A stretch of 64,000 nucleotides of DNA from Lingula anatina (lineage: Eukaryota; Animalia; Brachiopoda), in contig CM120647.1 of the NCBI GenBank assembly GCA_051362555.1, positions 4,154,001 through 4,218,000 on the forward strand, written 5' to 3'. A program made the position numbers and the translations under genes. The notes under the pieces are model-generated. The model saw nothing but the letters and a program-made list of their open reading frames with translations, was not told where the DNA came from and did not search any database. This document shows, one piece after another, positions 1-12,785 of the stretch (position 1 is the stretch's first letter; every line of letters begins with the position of its first letter).

Positions 1-790
1 CATGACCTTCACATGACCTTGTAAGAGCATTTCCACACCTTTTTTTGCAGGGGAATCCTCCGCCACTGGCTTCAGCTAGTTGCAGTCTAGTTATTATTAT
101 TTTTCGTCAAAAAAATTCTTTCTAAAATTCTGAAAAAAAATTCATACTGATAGGTCACAGAGCCTTTTAAAGTGAAAATTTTGCAAATTTCAAAATGCAA
201 TATCTCCTAGAATTTTCAACATTTTGACAAATCCTTTCATAGGTGAGGTCACACAATAATTCTATATCATGTAACCCAATTTTAGGAAAGTAGGTCAGGT
301 CAAGGTCAAAATTATTGCATGATATGCTCCAAATGGTTGACATTCGGCAGGGGGTAAACCAGATGTCACAGAGCCACAAGGATGATGTAGAAAGTTGCCC
401 TGTATTACTATCCAGTGCAGTCGCTAATAATATTGACAATTGACCAATTAGTTTTTTTAATATAGATTTTTAAATATCAATAATTTCACAGAAATAGTGA
501 CTGTCAATTTCTCCATGAAATCCTGATTTTTTGTGATAACATGCTATAGGATACTACCCCAAACATATACCCAACACCCCCAAATCAAATGTCAAATTTG
601 ACCTTGAACTTCAATTTCAAGGTCATTTGGACATTTTTCTTTCCACACGTTTTTTTTCGCAAAAAATTGAAATAATTATCATAGGTAGAATATAGTCAGA
701 ATATGCTATAAACCAAAAAATAGTGACCTTGACCCACTTTTCAAAGTCACAGGGGCATTTAAAGACGAAATTTGTAAAATTTGACATTGC
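1..790. repeat. Interspersed repeat remnant rich in TGACCTT/AAGGTCA motifs, intronic to the receptor gene
   Basis: Many tgacctt(g)/(c)aaggtca words in both orientations (3-20, 295-308, 598-625, 724-750); no credible ORF. Family not determined. Confidence 0.45.
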
Positions 791-834
791 AATTACAGGT
801 ATATGTATTATCTTATCCTGTTACTTGTTTTTAG

Positions 835-3800
835 AACGTGCTCCGCTGGATAGACAACACACCACTTGTATTCTCAGACTGGTACCATCCAGACTATGAC
901 AAACTCTTTATAGAGGAACGCTTCCGAACCGCGGCTAAATATTCAAAAAATGTTTTCAGCGACTTTGCATTCATGTCGAGATCAAATCTTCTTAACATTA
1001 GGCATCCTGCTTATGAGAGTGGTATATCATGTGCAGCTATGGTTGTCACTAACCCGCACTACTCGTCCAACTGGATCATGATTCCATGTCCGCGAGAATT
1101 CCATGCAGCCACTGTGATATGTGAATACCCAAGACACGCCAATGAAAGCAATCGGAGGCGAGTGTCACTGAAAACGACCAGAAATGTTACCTGTTCTGAT
1201 TTTCAGTTTGAATGCGGAGACGGCACGTGTGTTTCTATAGATTCTCGGTGTGACGGACGAAAAGATTGCCTAGACGGAAGTGACGAAAATGCTACCTGTC
1301 ATCCACTTCACTTTTGGCGTTGTAACAACGGACATAATCTTCATTTGTCCCGATTCTGTGACAAAGTTACCGATTGCTCTGACAACTCAGACGAAATAGG
1401 TTGTATCTATCCGCTTTGTAAATCAGATCAGTTCCGTTGTGGAAGTGGAGAATGCATTCAAATGAGTGAAAGATGCGACTTGATACCCCACTGTAAAGAT
1501 GATTCAGATGAAGCACAGTGCGCAAATACCTACAAGAAGAAATTCTATTCTTGTTTTTCTGATACATTCATTCCGTATTCACAGAAACACGATGGCGTGG
1601 TAGACTGTCCAGGGCCCTATGAAGAAGACGAAGTAGACGAGTGGTCGTTAAAACAACCATCGAATGGGCCCTGTTGGTTTCGGCACTGGGATTGTCACAA
1701 GTACACCTGCGACAAATATTCTGATCAGGAAAAAGCTGTTTTCTTGGGTGAGCCTACGTCAGGTAAAAAATATAGAAATGTCCAAGTTTTCTCTAAGAAC
1801 AAGGCTTGCTTTTACGAAAGAACTAAGTACGACATCCTATCAACATGCAGTACTGGGAAGCACCTTGTACAAAACCTGTCTGATATCAACATAAAATTTA
1901 TTTCTGTTTTTCTTGAACCGTCGCCATTTTGTTACGGATTCACATGTCCCAAAGATTTATACCACCAATGCCCGTCGCCGTACTGCATACCTGCCAGATC
2001 AGTTTGCGACGGGATCAAAGACTGTCATGATGGCAGTGACGAAATCGCCTGTAACAGCTACTCCTGCCCAGGTATGTACAGATGTCGGGGGCAGAATAAT
2101 TGCTTACCGCAGAGACAGGTGCGGGACGGAATTCCTCAATGTAAACTGCGGGATGATGAATCATTCTATGGTTTTCAGTGTCCACCCAATTGCTTTTGTG
2201 AAGGGTTTTCGGTTATTTGCCCTAGATCAGTATTGAAGAGGTCACCAAATTTTAATCAGAGTAGATTAACTGAGGCGCCTCTTATAATAGGAAGAGATAT
2301 GGTAAGGAGTCTCGTTTTAAAAGATAATCATATATCAGAGGTCTATTTGGATAAGTGGACGCAACTGTTAAATCTTGACTTATCAAACAACTCAATGGTT
2401 GAAGTTAATAAAACAATGTTTCAAGACACTGTAAATCTACGCAGAATAGATCTCTCAAAAAACAACATCAGCATCGTCCGAAGTGGTGCTTTTTCCAATA
2501 TGATATCTCTTCAAGTGTTGAACATAAGCAACAACCCAATAGCTTCTGTTCCGCGGCATTGTTTCCACAATCTTCCCGCTTTGCAGCATCTTGATCTGTC
2601 AGCTGGTCTCCTGCTTGTCCTGCACAACTGTTCGTTTTATAACGTCTCCGTTGACTTTTTAAACATATCGAAAAACTTTGTCAAGACATTTAATACCTGG
2701 CTGTTTTGTGGTTGGCACAAAGTGAGGGCGATTGATCTGTCTGGAAACCCGTTGGAGGTCAAACAGGACGAGGTAACAAGTGATGTCGACGTTGTAATTG
2801 CAGATTCGTTCAGGATCTGCTGCATGTTTCATCAGACAAATTTGTGTCAGTCTCATGTTGATTTTTTTGCTTCGTGTTCAGATATGTTTATGGAAAAAGT
2901 AATTAAGTACTCATGTTTTGGTATAGGTCTTCTTACTGTGGTGTCGTCGTTAGGATTGCTAAAATCGTATTTTAGGTTTGAAGGAATGTTTCGGGTGAAA
3001 GAAGTTGCTGTTGCATTGAATGTTATTGAAATGCAAATGATTATACCAGTTATGATAATATTTGTTAACAGTATGCGGATGACAGATACTTATTCCAGCA
3101 TGTCTAATTCCTGGCGCAGGAGCACATCGTGTCACGTTGCATCGTTTTTCTACATTTTTCCTCAGGTTTGTGTTCCTATTATAATATTTTTTGCTGCTAT
3201 ACAGGCAATTTTACTACGGGCCACTGGAATCGAAAACGAGCATTTGTTAAAGCGCATAGTATGCGTTGGTATAGTTTTTGTGGTCACCGTGTCAGTAACC
3301 TTTTGTGTTCCTTTTTCCATGGAGGTACACATCCATACTGGTACCTGTTATCCTTTCGTTTTAAGCACTCTTATGTCTGAAATACAGTATAATTCATTAG
3401 CGATTGAAATCACATATTTATCAATGTCTGTAATTTCATTAACTACTTTCGCAGGAGTTTTTATGTATCTGTTGTATTATCTGAGATCTCCGTCATCCCT
3501 AACCGATTATCGCAGTATGTGCTGCTTGTTTGAAATTGCCTTATCCGATGCCATACGCTGGTTCCCGTTTATGGTCTTGTGTATCTTGCACTTAAAGAAC
3601 AATCCGGTGTCTGATTACGCTGCGCAGTGGATGCAGTTAGTTATACTTAACATGCGGCCCATCGTATGTGCCTTTATTCATATTTGTTTATGGCCTTTGT
3701 GGAAGAAAGTTGAGCGTTTCTTTGTTATGGCAGGGGTTGGGTCCACTAGTCAACCAGCATTGGAGTGGCAAATGGTAGACGCGAGAGATGAACATGAAGA

Positions 3801-3837
3801 TGAACATGAAGATGAACAGGAAGATGCGCAATTATAG
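835..3837 (+). CDS. GRL101-like LDLa/LRR G-protein-coupled receptor with partial C-type lectin domain; terminal exon, 5' exons lie upstream of the window
   Basis: Acceptor ttgtttttag|aac at 834/835 in frame with the 999-aa ORF. CTLD end ([13 protein letters not shown]...CAAM...WIMIPC...VICE); ~6 LDLa modules (e.g. [32 protein letters not shown]); LRRNT CPPNCFC; LRRs ([24 protein letters not shown]); hinge CC...DFFASCSD; seven hydrophobic segments; TAG 3835-3837. Confidence 0.88.
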   Translation, partial: NVLRWIDNTPLVFSDWYHPDYDKLFIEERFRTAAKYSKNVFSDFAFMSRSNLLNIRHPAYESGISCAAMVVTNPHYSSNWIMIPCPREFHAATVICEYPRHANESNRRRVSLKTTRNVTCSDFQFECGDGTCVSIDSRCDGRKDCLDGSDENATCHPLHFWRCNNGHNLHLSRFCDKVTDCSDNSDEIGCIYPLCKSDQFRCGSGECIQMSERCDLIPHCKDDSDEAQCANTYKKKFYSCFSDTFIPYSQKHDGVVDCPGPYEEDEVDEWSLKQPSNGPCWFRHWDCHKYTCDKYSDQEKAVFLGEPTSGKKYRNVQVFSKNKACFYERTKYDILSTCSTGKHLVQNLSDINIKFISVFLEPSPFCYGFTCPKDLYHQCPSPYCIPARSVCDGIKDCHDGSDEIACNSYSCPGMYRCRGQNNCLPQRQVRDGIPQCKLRDDESFYGFQCPPNCFCEGFSVICPRSVLKRSPNFNQSRLTEAPLIIGRDMVRSLVLKDNHISEVYLDKWTQLLNLDLSNNSMVEVNKTMFQDTVNLRRIDLSKNNISIVRSGAFSNMISLQVLNISNNPIASVPRHCFHNLPALQHLDLSAGLLLVLHNCSFYNVSVDFLNISKNFVKTFNTWLFCGWHKVRAIDLSGNPLEVKQDEVTSDVDVVIADSFRICCMFHQTNLCQSHVDFFASCSDMFMEKVIKYSCFGIGLLTVVSSLGLLKSYFRFEGMFRVKEVAVALNVIEMQMIIPVMIIFVNSMRMTDTYSSMSNSWRRSTSCHVASFFYIFPQVCVPIIIFFAAIQAILLRATGIENEHLLKRIVCVGIVFVVTVSVTFCVPFSMEVHIHTGTCYPFVLSTLMSEIQYNSLAIEITYLSMSVISLTTFAGVFMYLLYYLRSPSSLTDYRSMCCLFEIALSDAIRWFPFMVLCILHLKNNPVSDYAAQWMQLVILNMRPIVCAFIHICLWPLWKKVERFFVMAGVGSTSQPALEWQMVDARDEHEDEHEDEQEDAQL

Positions 3838-5522
3838 ATTTAATATGAACAATTGATGTACATAAAAAGATAAGTGTATTTTCTGAAATATTTCGGTTAT
3901 ATTGTAGAATATCCCTTTTCTTTCCGATTTGACGTGCTTTAACTTTAAAGCCTCATTCAGCTTTTACATGTAGTTTTGTAAATGTAGGACTAGAGACTGT
4001 GTAAGCTGGTCTGAATATAAGGCTGCATTGTTGCAATTGAAAAAAAAATTCAAATTTTGTGACTTATCTGAATACTTTGGTTGACGCTTCTTTAAATTAA
4101 CTGAAATGTGAAAAAAAACGGCAAAGCTGTGGGTTTGACGACAAGAAGACGTTAAAAAAAATAACAAATTTATTTAAAAAAGTCATGATTCGAATATAGA
4201 TACCATATACATGTACTTTATCCGTGAAATTGGTCTCTGTAAAAATGAGTGTTAATTAATACGTAGTAGGAATTATCTGTTTGAAAAAACAATCTCGTTG
4301 ATAATTATTTTATAAATGTTTAATATAACAGTTTTATTGATGAACATTTAATATTTTGTATAACTGTCTTTTAGAACCTTTTACATTTACATGTAACACA
4401 CATTTTCCTGGTAATTTCCGTTACTGATATTTCATGATAACTGGTCTCATTTCTTTTGATTTATTGTATTATCTGAATGTAATTATATAATCAGATTTTC
4501 GAGTTTATGCATTTTGTAAAATACTATTTTAATAATACATTTTAAGATATTCACGATGTGTCAAATATTAGCGCTATATTCATTTACCAATAACCCGTCA
4601 GTGTGCATTAATTATGTGTATAAAAAGTATCTTCATCAACCTATGGTTTTACGTACTTTTCTATTTTTACTCCCGCTTACGCTGTGACGCGTGTTTGTTT
4701 GAGAAATGCAATCACCACAAAAAGTGTATTTTTCAAACGATGCAATTATGAAACAAGCATGCATACTGTCACATGAGATATTACAAGCTATAAGCTGCTT
4801 ACACCTTATGTTCGACCTGCAGTCCACACCCTCTAAACGACTTGCATGTCGTGGTCTGATGGGGATAAAGAAACTCCTTTTTACACTTGAACTTGGGGAT
4901 GCGTGGCTTAGTTAATCACCACGAAAAAAGAGACAAATTGTCACCACAAATAAGAGACAAATTGAGACAAATTGACCAGTCTGCCCAGCTTCGCAATTAT
5001 CAAATTTTAGTCCAACAGAAAAATGGTTATATTCGCTATGCTTAAGCAAAATGTGAAAGGGCAAGTCATAAATGTTGACATTATTACAAATTATGGCAGT
5101 TTATTAGCCATTGCTCAATTATGTCCAATTGGTCAAATATTCCAAATAAAAAGGGATTCACAACCGGCAAAAAATAAAAGGTGTGGGAGAATGTGTCGTC
5201 AAAGTACTTAGGGGCATTGAAAAATATAATTGCTCTAGGTACAATATATTGTTTTAATAACATGCATTAAAATCAATTCACTGTTAATGCACATGTACAG
5301 TGTATCTAGGACCAGCAGGTTATGAGACGACCGCTACGAGTGAGGCATTTAAAAAAGGATACATCTTTTAAGAAGTACTACTTAAGTAAAACTGCATATA
5401 AATGGCACAAACGTTTACCACACCACAAGACGACAAATGATTCTCTGTTACCAAAACTAGCGGTTGACTGAAAAACTACAGTTGCATTTTCCGGAAGAAA
5501 GCAAGATGCTTGTAAACATGCA

Positions 5523-5624
5523 TACCCAACTACCAGACTCGGCACCGAATGATCCCGAATTCACCAGTAGATCGGACCTCATCACCCGTTTTCAAGTCTC
5601 GGTGCCGAGACTGGTAGTTGGGTA
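5523..5624. mobile_element. Short foldback/MITE
   Basis: tacccaactaccagactcggcaccga ... tcggtgccgagactggtagttgggta, ~26-bp inverted repeat with 1 mismatch. Confidence 0.6.
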
Positions 5625-6004
5625 GGTCTGGTAAAGGTTGCAAGGATTAATGCAGGGGCGACTTACAGATCGAGCTGTACCTAATACAGGATTTTCGCGA
5701 AAAAACAAATTTACCAGAAGAAAAGAAAAAAATAAATGTTCTCCATAACCCGCCAATTATTGGTATTGCCATCTCAAGAAATCGTAACATTGCGACGGTA
5801 AAATCATCCTTGGGGACTTATGCCCGATGCCCAGACTATCCATTGAAATAAAGAGATAAGTATTGAAGCCGGCTTTCTCATTGAGAAAGAAAATTTAATT
5901 TAACCATGATTTTAACAGCGTTTCTCTGGCGCCTCTGACCTTGGCAAAGCAAGTTATTAAGAAAAGGGATCGAGTTCTGGTAAACTAAATATTTGTGCTT
6001 TATA

Positions 6005-6554
6005 CAACATTGGTCAAAAAGGTTGTTCCACCCCCATTTCCATGTACTTTTATTTACAAATTATTGCCTCACAGGTGTAAATTGTTAACCAACTCCCCCA
6101 ACTTATTTATGAAGAATGGGACAAAATCCCACAAAAACAGCATTGTAACCCGTGTTGAAAGCTTGTCGCGCCGTCTACAGGAGATAATTGCAGTACGCGG
6201 TAGACGCACACGCTGTTAGGCACATGACCTTTAACGAGCACACCCTAATGCTAATTGTGTGTGAATTTAGTGAAATTTGATGGCGTCTTTTCAATTTTAT
6301 AGTCATTTCTGTATATCTGTAGAAGTCACGGTGAAACAGTCGATTTGAGGGGGTACCTCTTATAAATTTTACTAAATGGTATAATATATGTATATTTTCA
6401 CCACTATTTTGTATTTTATTTAACCATTAATCATGTTAGACACGGTTTCCGTAATAAAAAAACACTATTTCTAACAGTTCACAGCTGTGAGGTGATCATT
6501 TGTAAATAAAAGTACAGGGAAATGGGGGTGGGACAACCTTTTTAACCAATGTTG
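6005..6554 (+). mobile_element. Tc1/mariner internal-deletion derivative
   Basis: ~57-bp TIRs (caacattggtcaaaaaggttg... / ...caacctttttaaccaatgttg) with TA on both sides; 6110-6219 encodes a Tc1 transposase C-terminal remnant (EEWDKIP.../VESLSRRLQEIIAVRGRRTRC*). Confidence 0.85.
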
Positions 6555-7054
6555 TATAGTTTCTGAAAGTCTCGTTTGATATATAAAAGAGAAAGCTCGC
6601 GCGTTCGGAGGGGTTTAGGTGGGTGTCAAAAGTGCAGTCAGTAGTGTGCACGGTTGCAAAACTGAAGAGCAACCACGATTCAAAATGGCAATGACAAACC
6701 AAACCATTTACATGTAGGTTCCCGTGTGGTCAGTTACACAGTGCAAGCTAAAAGCCAACGTCACAGAAACAAACGCGGGCCCTACCGGGACCAGGCAAAT
6801 TGCCCTTTGCAAAATAAACTTTAATCAAGGCAGCAAAGCTGTTAAATGTACGGACAAAAAGCAGAAAAACAGATGCAGAAAATAGGCCATATTGTCAATT
6901 CTGTTGCAATAATAAATAGTCATGAAATAACAGCACGGTCAATAGACACTAATTTTTATCATGTACAACAGGTAATATGGTAAAAAAAGTTCAGTTTCGG
7001 GACCATAAGAGTTCAACATAGCTCAAAAAGTTATGGACCGATTTCAATGAAATA

Positions 7055-7600
7055 TAAGATGAAATATAAGTTATCAAGTATTTTTACGCCCCTTTAGCTT
7101 CCGTGATTGAACAAAGAGACGAGAGCCTTTATGATGCTCTCCTGGTTAATTCATGTTTCTTCCAATGATCGTTTTATTGCCATTTCTTTCATAACGGTAA
7201 TGACATGGAATCATCACTGTATATCTAAACGCATGTTCCAGTCGGTTGTTCTTCTCAGTCGGTTGTTTAAACAAAATCAGACATTTTCAAAATGCATCAT
7301 TTCAAATACATTTCCACAAAATGAAAAATGTTATGTTTGTATCCCTAAAAGGGTTGAACTCTATAGGATGATGTTTCAAAACGTATTTGACTTGCGGGGT
7401 GTCGCATTAATAGGAAGGTAAAACATTGCATATCCAGATTACACTTTCAGAGCGTTTCTAAATGATTTCAAGTCAAAATTTGACTTTCCAAATTCCATAT
7501 TAAATCTTAAACATTAATAAAAAAATATTTGTCAACTAATGAAGGAACATTTTGCTCGACTATTCTCCACTTCAGAACCACACCTGTTATCGTAATTATA
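7055..7600 (+). repeat. Solitary diverged copy of the 646-bp repeat unit
   Basis: Colinear with 8525-9125 (taagttatcaagtatttttacgcccctttagcttccgtgattgaac ... cttcagaaccaca). Confidence 0.8.
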
Positions 7601-8484
7601 AGAACTGGTTCGGGGTATGTCACCGTCCAATGGCGCACAGAAATACCAAGTAGGTAGAAGACCTCAACTTATTATGTTATCAGGCGCCATTCTCGCAAAA
7701 AAACATTTCACACAAAAACAATGATAGCCGAACGCACACGTGTGCTGATAGTCCATTTTGTCAAAACCCATTAAGAGGTAAATATGACAGCCGTGGAAGC
7801 TTATGTTATATCTACTTTTCCATCTAATACAATTTAACACTAGGAATTGCATTTTTTTCACGCCTGCTTATTTTTTTATGAATTTTCATTACGGGCCTCT
7901 GCTATTCTCATCATTATTGGTCGTCAATCCTAGAATAACACTTGACGCAGGCAAATTACAACATGAATCATGTATACTAGACTGATAGTTTTATTTCCTC
8001 TGGCAGTTCACTGAAGAGTTTCAGTTTTTGTGAACGTTTCCTCTTCATTGTTCCGTTTGGAGCAATACTGAGGTGATTTGACATCAATGAGAATTCAATG
8101 ATAATGCAGGAAATGACCGCACCATCTATCTGTGCTGGTAACAAAACCAATCCCGAAATGAAATATCGATTAATTGTTGGCCGTTGACATGATCTTTCCG
8201 TCATTACAGATTTCAAAGAATGCAAACTGACACAGAATTCAACTCAAAGTCAAATTGCATACACATAATAGGCCTCGTATACATTTGTTAATAATTGTCC
8301 GGTGAATTCCTTCTTGTCGTTTTTCACCTTCATTTTAAAGAGCCAAAAGTTAACATTTACATAGCCCATCCATCCCTAGGATAATTAGACGCACAATTGG
8401 TAAATTGCTGGGTGGTCTCTGCTACCGAGAGAATGAACATAAAAGTTTTCAACAGTTTGTGGACTGCTCACATGGCTGCACACC

Positions 8485-10352
8485 CGCTCAGTCGCATTTG
8501 TTAATTTGAGGAAACAAATTTTAGATGAAATAAGTTATCAAGTATTTTTTACGCCCCTTTAGCTTCCGTGATTGAACAAAGAGACGAGAGCACCGTAGAG
8601 GAAAGCTTTATGATGCTCTCCTGGTTAATGCATGTTTCTTTCAATGATCGTTTTATTGCCATTTATTTCATAACCATAATGAACTGGAATCATCACTGTA
8701 TATCTAAAACGCATGTTCCAGTGAGATGTTCTTCTCAGTCGGTTGTTTCAAATAAATTGGACATTTTCAATGAAATATTCAAAATGCATCATTTCAAATA
8801 CATCTATTTTTTTAAATGTCATGATTGCATCCCTAAAAGGGTTAAACTCTATAGAATGTTGTTTCAAAACGTATTTGACTTGCGGGACGACGCATTAATA
8901 GAAAAAGATAACATTGCATATCCAGATTACACTTTTCTTGTAAACAAGAATTTCTGTGTCCGTCGCAAGGGCTGATCAGAGCGTTTCTAAATGATTTCAA
9001 GTCAAAGTTTGACTTTCTAAATTCTATATTAGATTTTAATTATTGATAAAAAGCAAATCTTTGTCAACTTATGAAGGAACATTTTGCTCGACTATTCTCT
9101 ACTTCATAACCACAACTATTACTGTAAGAACGCTCAGTCGCATTTGCTTAATTGAGGAAACACATTTTAGATGAAATAAGTTATCAAGTATTTTTTACGC
9201 CCCTTTAGCTTCCGCGATTGAACAAAGAGACGAGAGCACCGTAGAGGAAAGCTTTATGATGCTCTCCTGGTTAATGCATGTTTCTTTCAATGATCGTTTT
9301 ATTGCCATTTATTTCATAACCATAATGAACTGGAATCATCACTGTATATCTAAAACGCATGTTCCAGTGAGATGTTCTTCTCAGTCGGTTGTTTCAAATA
9401 AATTGGACATTTTCAATGAAATATTCAAAATGCATCATTTCAAATACATCTATTTTTTTAAATGTCATGATTGCATCCCTAAAAGGGTTAAACTCTATAG
9501 GATGTTGTTTCAAAACGTATTTGACTTGCGGGACGACGCATTAATAGAAAAAGATAACATTGCATATCCAGATTACACTTTTCTTGTAAACAAGAATTTC
9601 TGTGTTCGTCGCAAGGGCTGATCAGAGCGTTTCTAAATGATTTCAAGTCAAAGTTTGACTTTCTAAATTCTATATTAGATTTTAATTATTGATAAAAAGC
9701 AAATCTTTGTCAACTTATGAAGGAACATTTTGCTCGACTATTCTCTACTTCATAACCACAACTATTACTGTAAGAACGCTCAGTCGCATTTGCTTAATTG
9801 AGGAAACACATTTTAGATGAAATAAGTTATCAAGTATTTTTTACTCCCCTTTAGCTTCCGTGATTGAACAAAGAGACGAGAGCACCGTAGAGGAAAGCTT
9901 TATGATGCTCTCCTGGTTAATGCATGTTTCTTTCAATTATCGTTTTATTGCCATTTGTTTCATTACGATATATAATGAAATGGAATCATCACTGTATATC
10001 TAAAACGCATGTCCCAGTGGGTTGTTCTTCTCAGTTGGTTGTTTCAAATAAATTGGATACTTTCAATGACATATTCAAAATGCATCATTTCAAAAACGTC
10101 TAATTTTTTTTAAAAAATGTCATGATTGCATCCCTAAAAGGGTTGAACTCTATAGGATGTAGTTTCAAAACGTATTTGACTTGCAAGGCGTTGCATTAAT
10201 AGAAAAGGATAACATTTGACTTTGTAAATTCCATTTTAGATCTTAATTATTGATAAAACGCAAATCTTTGTCAACTAATAAAGGAACATTTTGCTCGAAT
10301 ATTCTCCACTTCAGAACCACAACTATTATTGTAAGAACGCTCAGTCGCATTT
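8485..10352 (+). repeat. Tandem repeat, 646-bp unit x ~2.9
   Basis: cgctcagtcgcatttg recurs at 8485, 9131, 9777 and 10338; units 1 and 2 nearly identical, unit 3 more diverged with an internal deletion. Confidence 0.92.
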
Positions 10353-10838
10353 GCGGGAAAAAAATGGGGAAAACGAGGGAGTTCGTGCGTGAGGAGCACG
10401 TCCATCGTGCAAATTTTTGAGGACGCAAACAGCACGCATAAACTTTTCGACATGATAAACAGCCGCTACGTGCGATCTCGCTATGTCCTAGCCGGACTCA
10501 TGGAACCTAAAACCGTGCGTCCAGGCTTTAGTTGCTATTCAAAATATTGCGTATTGTGTGCACTTTTGTGTGCGAGAAGTTGTGCACAGAATTGACGACA
10601 CCACTCAGCTGACCTCTGGTAAAGAGCATGCCCCATCAAACACTTGATTTCTGCATTGATGTTCTAGAACATTGACTGGTCCAGAGAGAGCTATTCGGGC
10701 CCCCCCTCCCCCCCCCTCCAGCCTTCAAACGAATTATTTCTCTCATTTTCCCTAACCCCAAGTGTATAATGACAATTAAGACCAAGCATGTTCTCCCTCC
10801 CTGCACCCTACATGTTATAGCGCAATTGTATTCCTCTG

Positions 10839-10839
<1 letters not shown>

Positions 10840-10921
<82 letters not shown>
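10840..10921. repeat. (TA)n microsatellite (others near 18689-18745, 23658-23711, 51899-51936, 60770-60810, 62149-62226, 63763-63835)
   Basis: Direct reading. Confidence 0.95.
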
Positions 10922-10922
<1 letters not shown>

Positions 10923-12746
10923 CTTACTTTGGTACTATCATGAATGAAACTGGTCTGCAAACAAATGAGATCTTTCCGTGCGGGATAAGAGAGAAACAAC
11001 TATGGTCTAAACGTGTTGTTGCTTCCACTCCTATTCCGCCCTAGGGCGAAGGACGATGATGACGAACAAGTTTTTTTAACGCAGAAATTCCTCTATCGGA
11101 ACATGCGAGACCAGTCTCATTTGTGAATATCTTTTCTTCGTGAGCCCACTTCTACCCAAGACACCTTTAAGGATATTGTAACCCTTTATTATCATCCAAA
11201 TTCCGAAAATGATCATTTTCCTGCATCTTATTATTTAATAATGCATCTACATGTATCTGTGTGCTGGTTTGAAATTAGGAGCCCCTAATTGCAGATTTTC
11301 ATGAAACCAAGACATTATTTTGCTTTATCAACGGTAATATCTGAACTAAGGATAGGGTCTGTCCTAGATAGCCTGTGATTTTTGTGTTTATTTGTTGTAT
11401 TTGTGTATAATTGTCAATAAAATGCAATGCTTTTTTTTCAAAATTTCAACTTAAATGTTGTCCATTTTAACACTTTATTTTGTGATCTTTCCTGTCATTT
11501 AAGTCAGATCTGATCACAATGAAACATTTTGTGTATGCTATCCATTAGTTTCTTTAGCATCATTTTCATAAGTAAATAAATAAAAAGATCACTTTATGAT
11601 CAAGTTCGAGCCTTTTGAAATAGTTGCTATAAATTTAGTGAAATGAAAACAAAGACGCAGGTAACTGTATAAAATTCTTGACATCTACATACCTCAGGGA
11701 ATCAGTGAAAAAAGGAAGTTTATAGCCAACACCGATTGAAGAATCTGTGAAAAAAAATTAGAAATTTCAAATTGCAATACCCTGGAGCTAATAATTTAAA
11801 ATTAGTAATTATGATAACCTAAAATGAAGCAATTATGCCCTTGACAGCACTGGATTATTTTATTTACAAATTCCCAATGCTTGTAGAATATACATGGACC
11901 TACTTTCAACATTGATCTCATTGAAAGCAAAACAATCATGCCACTCCCATAAAGTGACAAAAAGGTAGCAAATGAATCTCTGCAATGGCCATAAAGGTGA
12001 TCAAATATATTTGTGAAAGTCCATCACTCCTATTCAAAATGTATAACAATACTGCCCCTGTTATATAAACAAGATATGTTAAGGTTTGATGTACACTAAG
12101 ACATTTGATCTTCAAAAATCCGTCCCTGCAGCTAGAGGATATAAGTCAATCTAGTATGGTTTACATTTGCCAAGCAATGTGATCCATCTTTATCCCAGAG
12201 TTTGCATGTGAAGTTATCCAGTCCCCTTTACCGGGTATGTCCAATATAATGCTAGAGCCACAGCATGTTTTATATCATTATATGGCACCCCCACTGAAAA
12301 AAAAAGAATAATTTACAATAACAAATTTGTTCACTTACAATAACAAATTTGATGTGCCGGATACTAAACATAGCACTAGTACTGGCTTTTTGTGAGATTG
12401 AACTTCAAACTAAAAGTGATAATGATGGCCTTTTTAGTTTGTGAGTAAAACGATTAAAAAACATCAGCTGACAAAACCTTTCATAACTTTTTTTAAATAT
12501 CGATTACAACATGCTGTACAATGACAATGAGTCCTGAAAGGGTTAATGGACTTCTTTGTCTTAAAAGCAATTCATTTCGAAATTAAAAGAAGCAGTTTTT
12601 TTTCGGGGGTCGGGGGAGACATAGTTAACGTCAGGTGATTCGTTAAAGCCGAGGAATGTTTCATTATCAAATATGTAAATCATATGTCATAAAAATACTA
12701 TTAAAAGTTTTTTTTTATATTTTTTTTTATTTTTTTATTTTTATTT

Positions 12747-12785
<39 letters not shown>

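Noticed and set aside
8568-9621. Identical 121-135 aa ORFs
   Set aside because: Copies of the 646-bp repeat; frame broken in the other copies; no domain recognised.
10769-11044. YI/HT/poly-I/poly-G ORFs throughout the window
   Set aside because: Microsatellite and homopolymer translations.
11175-12546. Possible piggyBac-like element (taacccttt...aaagggttaa)
   Set aside because: Only ~9 bp match and no TTAA on the left.
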